Shown here in pieces: positions 1 through 9,890 of a stretch of 62,132 nt of DNA. Source of the stretch: an uncultured Bacteroidota bacterium. GTDB taxonomy: Bacteria; Bacteroidota; Bacteroidia; Bacteroidales; FEN-979. The position numbers and the translations under genes are program-made. The stretch covers positions 1-62,132 of the forward strand of contig CALCGJ010000159.1 of the NCBI GenBank assembly GCA_937900965.1. The letters are read 5' to 3'. Numbering within the stretch: position 1 is the stretch's first letter; the number at the start of each line of letters is the position of its first letter. The notes below the pieces were generated by a model. It did not search any database. It saw nothing but the letters and a program-made list of their open reading frames with translations, and was not told where the DNA came from.

Positions 1-253
1 GTTCCCGGTTTCCTTTGTTTTGCTCTTTTGAATAATATGATACTCCATAAAGAATGGTATTTCCGTCGGGAGAGACTTCAGGGCCGCTGACCCGGCCAAA
101 TGACCATAATACCTCAGGGGTCATAATATCGCTGGTAAGCGACAGGTTCTGTTTTTCTATCAAAGGGGCAACTTCATCTTTTTGACCCGATGGTGTGCAG
201 GCAGCAAGTCCCGCTAATGCCGCAATCAGCAGCAAAGAGAATGTGTTTTTCAT
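1..253 (-). CDS. S9-family serine peptidase (prolyl oligopeptidase/DPP-like), N-terminal fragment running off the left edge
   Basis: Not in the ORF track because no stop lies in the window. The minus-strand ATG at 251-253 reads MKNTFSLLLIAALAGLAAC (lipoprotein signal plus Cys) TPSGQKDEV...MTPEVLWSFGRVSGPEVSPDGNTILYGVSYYSKEQNKGNRE and is open to position 1. This N-terminus is typical of Bacteroidota S9 peptidases (family call from memory). Confidence 0.5.
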   Translation of the reverse strand, partial: MKNTFSLLLIAALAGLAACTPSGQKDEVAPLIEKQNLSLTSDIMTPEVLWSFGRVSGPEVSPDGNTILYGVSYYSKEQNKGNRE

Positions 254-370
254 GTGAATTGGTTTATGAACTTTTCAATGGATTTACCAGGAAGGTGGTA
301 AAATTAAGAAAAAAGATCACAAAAACAGAACAAATAATAAGCGCTATTGGGTTCATGGTGTTATTCTGTT

Positions 371-1942
371 TTAATAGATCTCGGCGAGACCCGAATCTGT
401 CAATATATAGGTTTGTGTTCCATGTTCATTTCTGAACGTATCGTAATAATAATCATGCTGATAACGCCAATTACCTTCTCCAAGTGTGATATATTGACCT
501 ATCGGAACTCTTACAGTTACCCTGATCTGTTCGCCACTCCAACATCCCTCCTGTGCAAGTGCCGAGACAGGTGGAAATATCAACGTGTCGCCTGATTGAT
601 GAACCTGGTAATTTACCTTCCTGGTTCTTTCCTTCGCCTCAGATATGGTTCTGCCCCTGGCTCTGATACTCGTGTTAACTTCAATCCTGTCACTATTTCC
701 TGGCATGATCTCGATGATGGGGATCATGTAATAATTACCATCATAGTCTCTGGAAAGCTTTATTCCATCAAGTACCTCATACTCATCCAACTGTAGATCT
801 TCAATGGCATTGTCTTTTCCATATTCAAGAATTAATGTGTCTGAAATGGTTTGAATAACCTCATTTGTCTGATTGAAAATTCCATCTGCTTTAAAATGAT
901 TAAAAATTTTGAATGCGAAAAATACTGTGATAACAAGGCCAATCAGCCAGATATTGAATGCTGAGACACCGAAGTACTTGATTCCCTCAAGTCTGAATAT
1001 CATCCGGATGCCTGAATATAAGAGAAGGACAACAGGGATTCCAAATAGGAGTAAAATGGCTACCTGGACATAAAATGGATTCATTGAGCACCCGATTATA
1101 AGGTTCATGATATCTGGGAGAGATAGAATGGCGAAATCACCATCCACGAACATCGCTCCTCCCCAGCCAAAGACGAATGCCAGGAGAGCAATGAAGAAAC
1201 TAATCCCTATCAGAACCAGGATAACTCCCAGGATAACCAATAAGATCCTTCCAAATACTTTGAGTACTTCGACAATCCCTTTCATGATCTGTTCTAAAGG
1301 GGAGCGGGAAGCCACGCCCCGCTGATAGTTCTGTTTGGTTTTTTGTGTGAGGTTCTTCAATTGATCTTTCAGTGCGCTCACCTCCTCTGTTATCGATTTC
1401 TCGATGTTGGATATATTCACCCGCTCTCCACGCATCTCCAGTTTTTCGGTGGTTGTGTTTGCTTCGGGGATCACTACCCAGAGAATCAGGTATAGAATGG
1501 CCCCAAACCCACCGGCAACTATGCTGATGATAAAAAGAATCCGGATAATAACAGGATCCCAGTGAAGGTAGGCCCCGATTCCGCCACATACCCCACCAAC
1601 AACTTTGTTATCCGGGTCCCGGTAAAATCTTTTTGAGCTGCCGTAGTCAGCAGAAGGTGATTCCTCTTCAGTGCCCTCATCTTCTGCAAACTGACTGGGC
1701 TGCCCCATCACAACGATGACCTCATTCACATCCTGAATGGAGATAACCTGTTTGGTCTCACCCAGCTTCTCATGCAGGAGCTCTGCAATTCGTGCTTCGA
1801 TATCATCTATAATATCGCTACTTCCCTCCATGGAGTTAAAATGGTTTTTCAGGCTCTCCAGGTAGGTGTTCAATTTTGTATAGGCATCCTCGTCTATGTG
1901 GAAGATGATCCCGCTGACATTGATATTTACAGTCTTTTTCAT
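371..1942 (-). CDS. PspC domain-containing membrane protein
   Basis: 523 aa. The central PspC signature VVGGVCGGIGAYLHWDPVIIRILFIISIVAGGFGAILYLILWVVIP is followed by several TM helices. The gene lies 17 bp downstream of padR on the same strand. Confidence 0.8.
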   Translation of the reverse strand: MKKTVNINVSGIIFHIDEDAYTKLNTYLESLKNHFNSMEGSSDIIDDIEARIAELLHEKLGETKQVISIQDVNEVIVVMGQPSQFAEDEGTEEESPSADYGSSKRFYRDPDNKVVGGVCGGIGAYLHWDPVIIRILFIISIVAGGFGAILYLILWVVIPEANTTTEKLEMRGERVNISNIEKSITEEVSALKDQLKNLTQKTKQNYQRGVASRSPLEQIMKGIVEVLKVFGRILLVILGVILVLIGISFFIALLAFVFGWGGAMFVDGDFAILSLPDIMNLIIGCSMNPFYVQVAILLLFGIPVVLLLYSGIRMIFRLEGIKYFGVSAFNIWLIGLVITVFFAFKIFNHFKADGIFNQTNEVIQTISDTLILEYGKDNAIEDLQLDEYEVLDGIKLSRDYDGNYYMIPIIEIMPGNSDRIEVNTSIRARGRTISEAKERTRKVNYQVHQSGDTLIFPPVSALAQEGCWSGEQIRVTVRVPIGQYITLGEGNWRYQHDYYYDTFRNEHGTQTYILTDSGLAEIY

Positions 1943-1959
1943 TGATCTTCTGTTTTTTG

Positions 1960-2301
1960 TTAGGCAATGATTTTTTCAACAGCCACTGATAATTCCTGCC
2001 ACCCGACTTTCAGTTCGTTTAAAACGGCTTTACCGATGTCGGTGATCTGGAAATACTTTCGGGGTGGTCCTGATTTTGACTCTTCCCACCGGTAGGTGGT
2101 CATGCCATCATTTTTTAGCCTTGTCAGGAGAGGATAGAGTGTTCCCTCCACAATGATTAGTTTAGCCTCCTTCAGCTTTTCGATAATGTCAGAGGCATAC
2201 GCGTCCTTCTCACCTATGATGGAGAGGATACAGAGCTCAAGGACTCCTTTGCGCATCTGGGCTTTTTGGTTTTCGATGTTCATGCGGCAAACATACGACA
2301 T
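1960..2301 (-). CDS. PadR family transcriptional regulator
   Basis: 113 aa winged-helix PadR pattern (GVLELCILSIIGEKDAYASDIIEKL...GTLYPLLTRLKNDGMTTYRWEESKSGPPRKYFQIT). An alternative ATG lies at 2283. Confidence 0.85.
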   Translation of the reverse strand: MSYVCRMNIENQKAQMRKGVLELCILSIIGEKDAYASDIIEKLKEAKLIIVEGTLYPLLTRLKNDGMTTYRWEESKSGPPRKYFQITDIGKAVLNELKVGWQELSVAVEKIIA

Positions 2302-2442
2302 AAAAAGGTAATATGCAAGACATAGTACTAGAATAATTATAATATATGTCTACGCATAGTACTATATAATTGCGCAACACACATAATATCAGTAAAGTAG
2401 GTGTAGGATTAATTCCGGATTATTTTTGAGTTCAATTATGCC

Positions 2443-2582
2443 GATCACTGGATCACTGGATCACTGGATCACTGGATAACTTGATCGCCAGTTCACCAGT
2501 TCACTTGTTCACCAGTTCACTTGTTCACCAGTTCACCAGTTCACCAGTTCACCAGTTCACCAGTTCACTTGTTCACTTGTTC
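2443..2582. repeat. Two adjacent octamer tandem arrays: (GATCACTG)x4 at 2443-2474 and (AGTTCACY)x~11.5 at 2490-2582
   Basis: Read directly from the sequence. The second array overlaps the stop codon (2573-2575) of the upstream CDS and sits upstream of the padR promoter region. Confidence 0.95.
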
Positions 2583-3409
2583 TTTACAATTGCCAGCGGG
2601 TATTTCAACCCTGTTGCCTTTTTGAGATAGGCTTTCACTGACCCGACCAGGATTTTGGCCTCTATATAAATAGGTACTTTATTGGGATCGTCGGAAACCC
2701 ACACGAACGTTTCCTGATCTTTCGAAAATATCGTTCCCTCAACCATAATTGCCGAAAACTTATTGCACATGTAAAGGGTTCCATCGGGATGTTCTATGAT
2801 CTCTTTGCCATGCATTCTGATATCGATCCGGTAAGTACTATCGTCCAGGGCAATATAAACAGGAATATTAGACCCGCTTTTTATAGAGTCAAGATCAAGG
2901 GAGCGAACATAATAAACTGCTGACAACATGTCGTACGTACAGCCGATCATCTTGATAGTGTCCGTCACCATTGGATCTTGATTGATTTTTGAGTTACTGA
3001 AGACAAGTCTGCTCGAATAGTCAAACCACGATCTGTTTTGCATCTGGTAGCCCCCTTCGAAAATATAACGCTGAAATTCGATTGTCTGAAGGTTGGTCGT
3101 ATCAATCCAGGTTTCATATGTATCCCTTACCTTAAAAAGAATATCGTATGACTTGAATGTCCGGCCTGTACTGGTAAGATGCCAGGCAGGTTTATTCTTC
3201 TTTTTATCAAGTTTGGTGGAAAAGGTGACAATTCCGGCATCTACCCAGATCGGACCCCAGTTGTATGATATGATAAAGGAGATCTCCTCCCCGTTGGTGA
3301 AAGTTTGTCCTGAAGAATCGCACTGACCTCTGGCAGGCAATGATTGGAGTGAAGTGAGCAAGAGGCTTGCCAAAACGAACAGTAAGAAAGTGATCCGGGA
3401 ATTTTGCAC
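2573..3409 (-). CDS. Secreted hypothetical protein, DUF3108-like
   Basis: 278 aa with an N-terminal signal peptide (FLLFVLASLLLTSLQSLPARG) and beta-rich composition. The GEEISFIISYNWGPIWVDAGIVTFS region resembles DUF3108 proteins (assignment from memory). Confidence 0.5.
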   Translation of the reverse strand: MQNSRITFLLFVLASLLLTSLQSLPARGQCDSSGQTFTNGEEISFIISYNWGPIWVDAGIVTFSTKLDKKKNKPAWHLTSTGRTFKSYDILFKVRDTYETWIDTTNLQTIEFQRYIFEGGYQMQNRSWFDYSSRLVFSNSKINQDPMVTDTIKMIGCTYDMLSAVYYVRSLDLDSIKSGSNIPVYIALDDSTYRIDIRMHGKEIIEHPDGTLYMCNKFSAIMVEGTIFSKDQETFVWVSDDPNKVPIYIEAKILVGSVKAYLKKATGLKYPLAIVKNK

Positions 3410-3578
3410 GACAGGAGGTTCATGTATACGTGTACAATGTTAATGAAATTTTTGTACTGCAGGAGCAACTCATGAATCACTCTGTTTTCTTTTTTCAATT
3501 CCTACATCGCCACTGCTTTTTTGAAGTTTGGTTTTTGTTATAAGAATTCGTATTTTTATCTCTGGAAATTAATATCAT

Positions 3579-3806
3579 ATGTCATTTTTTAAATCTGTTC
3601 GTTTCATTGTATCAACAATCATTGCAGGCGCCTTGGTCCTGATACCATACACAGCAAACTTCTTAATCGGCCAGGCCCAGTCAATCCTTGCATCAGCAGG
3701 AGTGCCGGAATGGCCAACGACCAGTTATAAATTAACGGTGTTCATTCTTATTTGGCTGATACTGTATGCGATTCTCTTCCTGGCAACGCCAAAATCAGAT
3801 ACATGA
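3579..3806 (+). CDS. Small hypothetical membrane protein (2 predicted TM helices)
   Basis: 75-aa ORF with two hydrophobic stretches and no recognisable motif. Coding status is uncertain. Confidence 0.3.
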   Translation: MSFFKSVRFIVSTIIAGALVLIPYTANFLIGQAQSILASAGVPEWPTTSYKLTVFILIWLILYAILFLATPKSDT

Positions 3807-3856
3807 TACTACTCTGTATCTTTGGAGTTGGTGAAATACCATCAAAAAAGGATATG

Positions 3857-3914
3857 CTGCTAACTGCTAACTGCCTACTACCTGCTGTAACCTGCCCACT
3901 GCCTACTGCCAACT
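3857..3914. repeat. Degenerate heptamer array (CTGCYWA)x8
   Basis: ctgctaa ctgctaa ctgccta ctacctg ctgtaac ctgccca ctgccta ctgccaa. This is the reverse complement of the AGTTGGC family seen at 50716 and 59671. Confidence 0.9.
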
Positions 3915-3954
3915 AAAAAGAGACCACCTCAATGAATTGAGACAGCCTCTTTTT
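3915..3954 (-). terminator. Rho-independent terminator downstream of tRNA-Met
   Basis: The minus-strand RNA AAAAAGAGGCUGUCUCAAUUCAUUGAGGUGGUCUCUUUUU forms a ~14-bp stem (with G-U pairs) and a 4-nt loop, followed by a U-run. It is flanked by an A-run, so it may be partly bidirectional. Confidence 0.65.
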
Positions 3955-3955
3955 G

Positions 3956-4029
3956 TAGCGTGGACGAGAGTTGAACTCGTGACCTCCGGGTTATGAATCC
4001 GACGCTCTAACCAGCTGAGCTACCACGCC
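3956..4029 (-). tRNA. tRNA with CAT anticodon (elongator tRNA-Met, or tRNA-Ile2 if lysidinylated)
   Basis: The reverse complement is GGCGTGGTAGCTCAGCTGGTTAGAGCGTCGGATTCATAACCCGGAGGTCACGAGTTCAACTCTCGTCCACGCTA. It folds as a cloverleaf with anticodon loop TTCATAA and T-loop TTCAACT. The D-arm is elongator-type. It has a G1-U72 pair and an A31-C39 mismatch, and CCA is not encoded. Confidence 0.85.
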
Positions 4030-4042
4030 AAAAATGTGGGTG

Positions 4043-4050
4043 CAAAAGTA
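4043..4050 (-). promoter_or_regulatory. Bacteroidota -7 promoter box TACTTTTG (TAnnTTTG) for tRNA-Met
   Basis: The reverse complement of caaaagta lies 12 nt upstream of the mature tRNA 5' end. Confidence 0.55.
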
Positions 4051-4086
4051 CAAGTTTCAGACGTAAGTACAAAGAAAAATTAGGAG

Positions 4087-5445
4087 CTATTTAATCCAAA
4101 TCGTCTTAATGTTCACAAACTCCCGGATGCCGTAGCTCCCAAGCTCCCGGCCGTATCCCGATTTTTTGATCCCGCCGAAGGGAAGCCGTGGGTCTGATTT
4201 GGTCATGCCGTTCACAAAAACGGCTCCACTCTCCACCTTGCGGGCGATTTGCTCACCCCGTTTGATATCTTTCGTCCACACACAGCCACCAAGTCCGAAT
4301 TCGGAGTCATTGGCAACACTTACAGCCTCTTCTTCTGTAGTAACAGGGATAATGGCAAGCAATGGACCGAATGTCTCTTCTGAATAGGCAGGCATACCTG
4401 GTTGCACATTTGCCAGGATGGTGGGTTGGTAGTAACATCCTTTATGATCATATTTGGCTCCTCCTGCGATCAGGATTGCTCCCATTCGCACCGACTCTTT
4501 TACCTGCCGGTCAATGTCATCAACCAGGTCGGGGCGGGCCAATGGTCCGATCTGAGTCTCCGGATCCAGCGGATCTCCCACTTTTAATTCGCTGAATTTC
4601 TGATGCATCCGATTGGTAAACTCTTCCATCACCGACTCCTGAACGATAAACCGTTTGGCAGCAATGCAACTCTGTCCCTGGTTTATCATGCGTGCTGAAA
4701 GGGCAGTTTGAACCGTTAGTTCCATGTCGCAATCATCCAGCACGATAAAGGGATCTGATCCCCCGAGTTCGAGCAGTGTTTTTTTGATCCGCTGGCCAGC
4801 TGCTGCTGCCACCTGACTGCCTGCATATTCACTCCCTGTCAGGGTGACAGCTGTGACGGCTGGATGGTCAATTACAGGTTCCACCATGTCGGAAGGAATC
4901 AGCAGGGTACGAAAGAGATCCGCCGGAAAACCGGCCTCAAGAAATATATCCTCAATAGCCAATGCACATCCGGGAACGTTGGATGCATGTTTCAACAGGG
5001 CACCGTTGCCTGCCATCAGTGCGGGTGCTGCAAAACGGAAGACCTGCCAGAATGGGAAATTCCAGGGCATAACGGCAAGGACAACCCCCAGGGGCTGAAA
5101 TGCAACAAAACTGCGGGAAGCGTCAGAAGGAATCACCTCATCCTGCAGAAACTGCTCTGCATTCTCAGCATAATATTCACAGACCCACGCACACTTATCC
5201 ACCTCGGCTTCTGATTCCCTAATGATCTTGCCCATCTCCAGTGTCATCAGTACAGCCAACTCTCTCTTGCGGGTCCGGAGCAGGGCCGCAGCGTTCATCA
5301 TATGTTCGCGACGTATAGAAAATGAATTGTTTTTCCACTGAAGCCAGGCTGTATGCGTCCGGTTGATGATCTCAACAACCTCTTCCGGGGAGTGCTCAGG
5401 ATACTCCTTGATAAGTTGGTTATTCGCAGGATTTACACTTTTCAT
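4087..5445 (-). CDS. NAD(P)-dependent aldehyde dehydrogenase, succinate-semialdehyde dehydrogenase-like
   Basis: 452 aa in the ALDH superfamily, with the catalytic region LELGGSDPFIV and QGQSCIAAKRF (Cys) plus EETFGP. Length and N-terminus resemble short SSADH-type enzymes. Confidence 0.85.
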   Translation of the reverse strand: MKSVNPANNQLIKEYPEHSPEEVVEIINRTHTAWLQWKNNSFSIRREHMMNAAALLRTRKRELAVLMTLEMGKIIRESEAEVDKCAWVCEYYAENAEQFLQDEVIPSDASRSFVAFQPLGVVLAVMPWNFPFWQVFRFAAPALMAGNGALLKHASNVPGCALAIEDIFLEAGFPADLFRTLLIPSDMVEPVIDHPAVTAVTLTGSEYAGSQVAAAAGQRIKKTLLELGGSDPFIVLDDCDMELTVQTALSARMINQGQSCIAAKRFIVQESVMEEFTNRMHQKFSELKVGDPLDPETQIGPLARPDLVDDIDRQVKESVRMGAILIAGGAKYDHKGCYYQPTILANVQPGMPAYSEETFGPLLAIIPVTTEEEAVSVANDSEFGLGGCVWTKDIKRGEQIARKVESGAVFVNGMTKSDPRLPFGGIKKSGYGRELGSYGIREFVNIKTIWIK

Positions 5446-5510
5446 ATTTTCGCTATTTCGCTATTTCACCACCTCACCACCTCACCACCTCACCATCTCA
5501 CCACCTCACC
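5445..5510. repeat. Octamer arrays (TATTTCGC)x3 at 5445-5469 and (ACCTCACC)x5 at 5471-5510
   Basis: These fill the whole spacer between the uvrA stop (5498-5500, inside the array) and the ALDH start codon (5443-5445, abutting the array). Confidence 0.95.
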
Positions 5511-8320
5511 AACTTCTCTTTTAAATAATAACCCGTATAGGATTCCTTACATATGACAAGATCCTCAGGTGTGCCTGCAAAAACAAGACTCCCGCCTTCA
5601 TCACCTCCCTCTTTTCCCAGGTCTATGACCCAATCGGCAGATTTGATCACCTCCGGGTTGTGTTCAATAACGAGCACCGTATGGCCAATCCGGATAAGTG
5701 AATCAAACGCGATTAAAAGTTTGTGAATGTCATGGAAGTGAAGCCCTGTGGTAGGTTCGTCAAAGATAAAGAGAGTGGCTTTCTCGGTGGTTCCTTTAGA
5801 TAGAAAGAAGGCCAGTTTGATTCGCTGGGCCTCGCCACCGGAAAGAGTGGAGGAGGATTGCCCAAGTTTCAGATAGCCAAGGCCTACATCTTTGAGAGAT
5901 TGAAGCCGTGTAAGTATCCGTTTTTCGGTTGTGGAGGGTTTGTTGTCCTGTGAAAAGAAGCTGATTGCCTCATCAACAGTCATATTCAGAACATCTACAA
6001 CAGTTTTCTCACGGTACTTGATATCCAAAACCTCATCTTTGAACCGTTTCCCATTACACGCATCACATGTCAGGTAGATATCGGCCATAAACTGCATCTC
6101 AATTTTCTGCACACCATCTCCTTCACACTCTTCGCAACGGCCTCCGACAATGTTAAATGAGAAAAATCCTGGTTTATATCCCCTGACTACGGCCAGTTTC
6201 TGATCAGAAAACAGATGTCGTATTTCATCAAATGCTTTGATGTATGTGGCAGGATTTGAACGGGAAGATCGTCCAATGGGGTTTTGATCTACAAGTTCCA
6301 CAGAACTAATTCGGTTGTAATCTCCCGTCAGGTGATCAAACTTTCCGGTTTTTTCCGCCCAACCACCATGGATTTTCTTTAGTGCCGGGAATAAAATTCG
6401 TTTTACCAGGGATGTCTTGCCTGATCCACTCACACCAGTGATTACAGTGAAAACATGAAGAGGTATATCCACATTGATCATCTTGAGGTTATTCTCTCTC
6501 GCACCCTTAATGCTGATAAACTCCTTCCAGGTTCTTCGGTTTGCCGGAAGTTCAATGGTGAGTTTATTCCCGAGATACTGACCTGTCAGGCTCCTTTCGC
6601 AGGAGATCATTTCATTGACCTGTCCCTGGAAGACAACCTCTCCTCCATGTTGTCCAGCCATTGGTCCGATATCAATAATTTCATCCGCCGCCCGGATGAT
6701 CTCTTCGTCGTGCTCCACCACGATGACCGTATTCCCCAGATCCCGCAAACGCGTCAGAACCTTTATCAGGCGTTGGGTATCCCGTGGGTGAAGGCCGATA
6801 CTGGGTTCATCCAGGATATACATTGAGCCAACAAGACTGCTTCCCAGGGCGGTAGAGAGGTTGATCCGCTGAGATTCACCACCTGAGAGAGTTGCGGAGA
6901 GCCGGTTAAGTGTCAGATATCCCAAACCCACATCGTTAAGGGCTTCCAGTCGGTTGTTGATCTCTGTAAGAAGACGTTGTCCCACTTGATTTTCGTAGGA
7001 GGATAATTTCAGTTTGCTAAAGAAATAATGCAATTCAGTAATCGGCATCAATGCAAGTTCACTGATCGATTTTTTCCCGACCTTGACGTAGGATGCATCT
7101 TTCCTCAACCGGGTCCCCTGGCACTCTGGGCAAACCGTCTTTCCACGGTAACGTGACATCATTACACGATACTGGACTTTGTAATTCTGGCTCTCCACAA
7201 ATTCAAAAAAACTGGTGAGCCCTTTGAAATACGTATTCCCTTTCCAGAGAAGCTTACGCTGTTGTGCAGTTAGTTCGAAAAAAGGCTTATGAATAGGGAA
7301 ATCAAATTTATAGGCATGCATGACAAGTACATTCTTCCATTCACTCATCTTTTCTCCACGCCAGCAGGCTACTGCATCCTCATAGATTGAGAGACTCTTA
7401 TTGGGGATCACAAGATCTTCGTCGATTCCAATAACGCTCCCAAATCCTTCGCAATGCTTACAGGCTCCATAGGGGTTGTTAAAACTGAAGAAATTCGCAG
7501 ATGGCTCTTCAAATGTGATCCCATCGGCTTCAAACTTGTTGGAAAACTGATACCGTTTCTTCGTTTCCCCACCGATCTCAGCAATGCAGTAACCATGACT
7601 CTCGAAAAATGCCGTTTGTACCGAATCTGCAAGTCGGACTGAAAGATCCTCATCGTCAGGCTGCATGGTCACACGGTCAACAACCAGGAGGAGCTCTTTG
7701 TAGTTGCATTCATCTTTTTCGAGTGCCTCTTCAATCCGGACAATCTCTCCGTCGACCATAACCCTGTTAAAGCCTTGCTGTAGAAGTATTTTGCATTTGA
7801 CTTTCAGATCTCCATTTTCAGACAGGCCGTTAAGAGGGGCGAAGATTGTAATTCTGTCCCCGGATTTGGATGAGAGCAGAAGATCAACAGCGTCGGAAAC
7901 ATTATGGCGTTTAACAAGTTTGCCGGATACCGGACTGTAAGTCTTACCGATTCGTGCAAACAGTAACTTAATATACTCATAAACCTCTGTAGATGTGCCA
8001 ACCGTGGATCTTGGATTGAGTGTGTTTACCCTTTGTTCGATGGCAATGGCAGGTGCGATGCCCTGGATGGAGTCCACTTCGGGCTTACTCATCCTCCCCA
8101 GGAATTGCCGGGCATATGCACTTAGACTCTCTACATACCGGCGTTGCCCTTCGGCATAGAGGGTATCAAATGCCAATGACGATTTCCCGGAACCGGAGAG
8201 GCCTGTGATTACCACAAACTTATTCCGGGGAATAGTCAGACTGATGTTCTTAAGGTTATTGACCCGGGCGCCTTTGATAACGATGTTTTCTCTCGGATCA
8301 GGGTTGTTATTGCTTCTCAT
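5498..8320 (-). CDS. uvrA: Excinuclease ABC subunit UvrA
   Basis: 940 aa with two ABC ATPase modules ([12 protein letters not shown] and [11 protein letters not shown] Walker A motifs; LSGGESQR and LSGGEAQR signatures) and zinc-finger Cys clusters. Confidence 0.97.
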   Translation of the reverse strand: MRSNNNPDPRENIVIKGARVNNLKNISLTIPRNKFVVITGLSGSGKSSLAFDTLYAEGQRRYVESLSAYARQFLGRMSKPEVDSIQGIAPAIAIEQRVNTLNPRSTVGTSTEVYEYIKLLFARIGKTYSPVSGKLVKRHNVSDAVDLLLSSKSGDRITIFAPLNGLSENGDLKVKCKILLQQGFNRVMVDGEIVRIEEALEKDECNYKELLLVVDRVTMQPDDEDLSVRLADSVQTAFFESHGYCIAEIGGETKKRYQFSNKFEADGITFEEPSANFFSFNNPYGACKHCEGFGSVIGIDEDLVIPNKSLSIYEDAVACWRGEKMSEWKNVLVMHAYKFDFPIHKPFFELTAQQRKLLWKGNTYFKGLTSFFEFVESQNYKVQYRVMMSRYRGKTVCPECQGTRLRKDASYVKVGKKSISELALMPITELHYFFSKLKLSSYENQVGQRLLTEINNRLEALNDVGLGYLTLNRLSATLSGGESQRINLSTALGSSLVGSMYILDEPSIGLHPRDTQRLIKVLTRLRDLGNTVIVVEHDEEIIRAADEIIDIGPMAGQHGGEVVFQGQVNEMISCERSLTGQYLGNKLTIELPANRRTWKEFISIKGARENNLKMINVDIPLHVFTVITGVSGSGKTSLVKRILFPALKKIHGGWAEKTGKFDHLTGDYNRISSVELVDQNPIGRSSRSNPATYIKAFDEIRHLFSDQKLAVVRGYKPGFFSFNIVGGRCEECEGDGVQKIEMQFMADIYLTCDACNGKRFKDEVLDIKYREKTVVDVLNMTVDEAISFFSQDNKPSTTEKRILTRLQSLKDVGLGYLKLGQSSSTLSGGEAQRIKLAFFLSKGTTEKATLFIFDEPTTGLHFHDIHKLLIAFDSLIRIGHTVLVIEHNPEVIKSADWVIDLGKEGGDEGGSLVFAGTPEDLVICKESYTGYYLKEKLVRW

Positions 8321-8382
8321 GGTATCAATCCCGCAGAAAATGCGAAATTAGTAAGAAAATTTGCTTTTCTTTTTTTTTTCAC

Positions 8383-8390
8383 TACTTTTG
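8383..8390 (+). promoter_or_regulatory. -7 promoter box TACTTTTG upstream of the ECF sigma factor gene
   Basis: Matches TAnnTTTG and implies a ~110-nt leader before the ATG at 8509. Confidence 0.45.
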
Positions 8391-8508
8391 CTGCAACCTT
8401 TCACTAATAAAGGCGTATTACATTTATCATAACCGCGCATTCGCGCTTAACGCATAGGAGGAACATTATCGGCTAGACTTCTACTCTACGTACAAAAAAG
8501 GAGGTCCA

Positions 8509-9093
8509 ATGAAAACCCAGATAATCAGTGATAAGGATCTGATTAGCAGGTATTTAGCCGGTCAAGAATCTGCCCTTGAGAAACTCGTCCAACGACATAA
8601 AAATCGTGTTTTTGCCTATATCCTGATGATTGTTAAGGATAAAGAATTGGCTGAAGACCTGTTTCAGGATACATTCATCAAGGTTATCAATACCATTCGA
8701 TCCGGTCAGTATAAGGAGGAGGGGAAGTTTATCCAGTGGGTGATGCGTATTGCCCATAACCTCATTATCGACTATTTCCGTAAAGCAAAGCGGATCCCAA
8801 TAATTGAAAACAGGGACGAATACGATATTTTTGATAAAGTCCGGCTTCCTGTTGATTCGGTTGAAGAGATGATGATCACTGAACAGATCCATAAAGATGT
8901 CAAACGGCTGATTGAATACCTCCCAAAAGAGCAGAAAGAGGTCCTTGTGATGCGCCATTATAACGACATGAGTTTCAAAGACATCGCCGAAGTCACTAAT
9001 GTCAGTATTAACACAGCATTGGGCCGGATGCGCTACGCTCTGATTAACCTCAGGAAACTGGTCAAGGAGAATGATGTTATTCTTTCTGTTTAG
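8509..9093 (+). CDS. RNA polymerase sigma-70 family (ECF-type) sigma factor
   Basis: 194 aa. Region 2 is LAEDLFQDTFIKV...WVMRIAHNLIIDYFRK and region 4 is EVLVMRHYNDMSFKDIAEVTNVSINTALGRMRYAL. Confidence 0.9.
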   Translation: MKTQIISDKDLISRYLAGQESALEKLVQRHKNRVFAYILMIVKDKELAEDLFQDTFIKVINTIRSGQYKEEGKFIQWVMRIAHNLIIDYFRKAKRIPIIENRDEYDIFDKVRLPVDSVEEMMITEQIHKDVKRLIEYLPKEQKEVLVMRHYNDMSFKDIAEVTNVSINTALGRMRYALINLRKLVKENDVILSV

Positions 9094-9169
9094 GTTTTTT
9101 TTCCAACAAATAAAATAAGTGAAAACTTCCTCCGTTTCAATGGTATGAATAATTGTCAAACAATAAATC

Positions 9170-9367
9170 ATGCCTATGAAGCGAAGCTTTACGTTTTTTT
9201 ATGGAAATTCTGTATCAGAAGGGAAATCAAATTCCGGTAATGGTCAGAAAAACAACAAGAACGTTTCTCCCAGAGATTATGTGATCAGGAATATCCTAAA
9301 TTACTCGAAATCCTTGTCTACATGTCAGACCCGTCAAACCGGTACCATGTTTCTGGTGATGAACTAA
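9170..9367 (+). CDS. Small hypothetical protein downstream of the sigma factor
   Basis: 65-aa ORF, co-directional and 76 bp after the sigma gene, followed immediately by a strong terminator. It has no TM segment or known motif, so a partner role for the sigma factor is only a guess. Confidence 0.35.
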   Translation: MPMKRSFTFFYGNSVSEGKSNSGNGQKNNKNVSPRDYVIRNILNYSKSLSTCQTRQTGTMFLVMN

Positions 9368-9404
9368 AAAGAAAGGGCAGCCATATGGCTGCCCTTTCGC
9401 TTTT
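9366..9404. terminator. Bidirectional rho-independent terminator
   Basis: Perfect palindrome AAAGGGCAGCCATATGGCTGCCCTTT (9372-9397), flanked by an A-run and a T-rich run, between the convergent small ORF and rplS. Confidence 0.85.
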
Positions 9405-9418
9405 GTATCGTTAACTCT

Positions 9419-9775
9419 TTACTTTCTCTTTTCTTTGATCCTGGCTTTCTTGCCCTGCAGTTCCCTCAGATAGAAGATTCTTGCCCTTCTGACCACACCC
9501 CTCTTGTTCACATCAATCTTATCAATAAATGGGGATGAGACAGGAAAAATTCGTTCTACACCGATGTTGCCTGAGATTTTTCTCACTGTAAAGGTTTCAG
9601 TAGCGCCTTTGCCGGCACGCTGTAGTACAACTCCCTGGAAATTCTGAATACGCTCCTTATTTCCCTCTTTGATCTTATAATGAACGGTAATTGTATCACC
9701 TGCCTTGAATGCGGGAAGCTCACGTTTTTCAATAACGTTATCCTCGACATACTTCATGATCTCAGCTTTGTTCAT
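9419..9775 (-). CDS. rplS: 50S ribosomal protein L19
   Basis: 118 aa with [30 protein letters not shown]...[18 protein letters not shown], the canonical L19 sequence. Confidence 0.97.
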   Translation of the reverse strand: MNKAEIMKYVEDNVIEKRELPAFKAGDTITVHYKIKEGNKERIQNFQGVVLQRAGKGATETFTVRKISGNIGVERIFPVSSPFIDKIDVNKRGVVRRARIFYLRELQGKKARIKEKRK

Positions 9776-9890
9776 CCTGTTTTTTCTGTTAATTATTAAT
9801 TTTGAAAAGGGAGTGCAAATATAGATATTTTTTCTTTACCCAAGGCATGAAGGCCAATATTTTCCCTGAAAATCTCCTAAGAAACCGGGT

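Noticed and set aside
2443-2582. Considered whether the tandem arrays (here and at 14329, 45830, 52283 and elsewhere) are CRISPR arrays.
   Set aside because: Units are 7-19 bp and directly abutting, with no unique spacers. No cas genes lie in the window. They are microsatellite-like or mini-hairpin repeats instead.
3956-4029. Considered whether tRNA genes (Met, Leu, His) flank an integrated element or genomic island.
   Set aside because: No integrase, no direct repeat of a tRNA 3' end and no compositional or gene-content break occurs next to any of the three tRNAs. The neighbours are housekeeping genes.
8554-9171. 205-aa minus-strand ORF overlapping the ECF sigma factor. Similar antisense ORFs lie at 18511-19242 (in hydA), 27135-27779 and 12458-12991.
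   Set aside because: All are antisense to genes with clear family signatures and lack any signature of their own.
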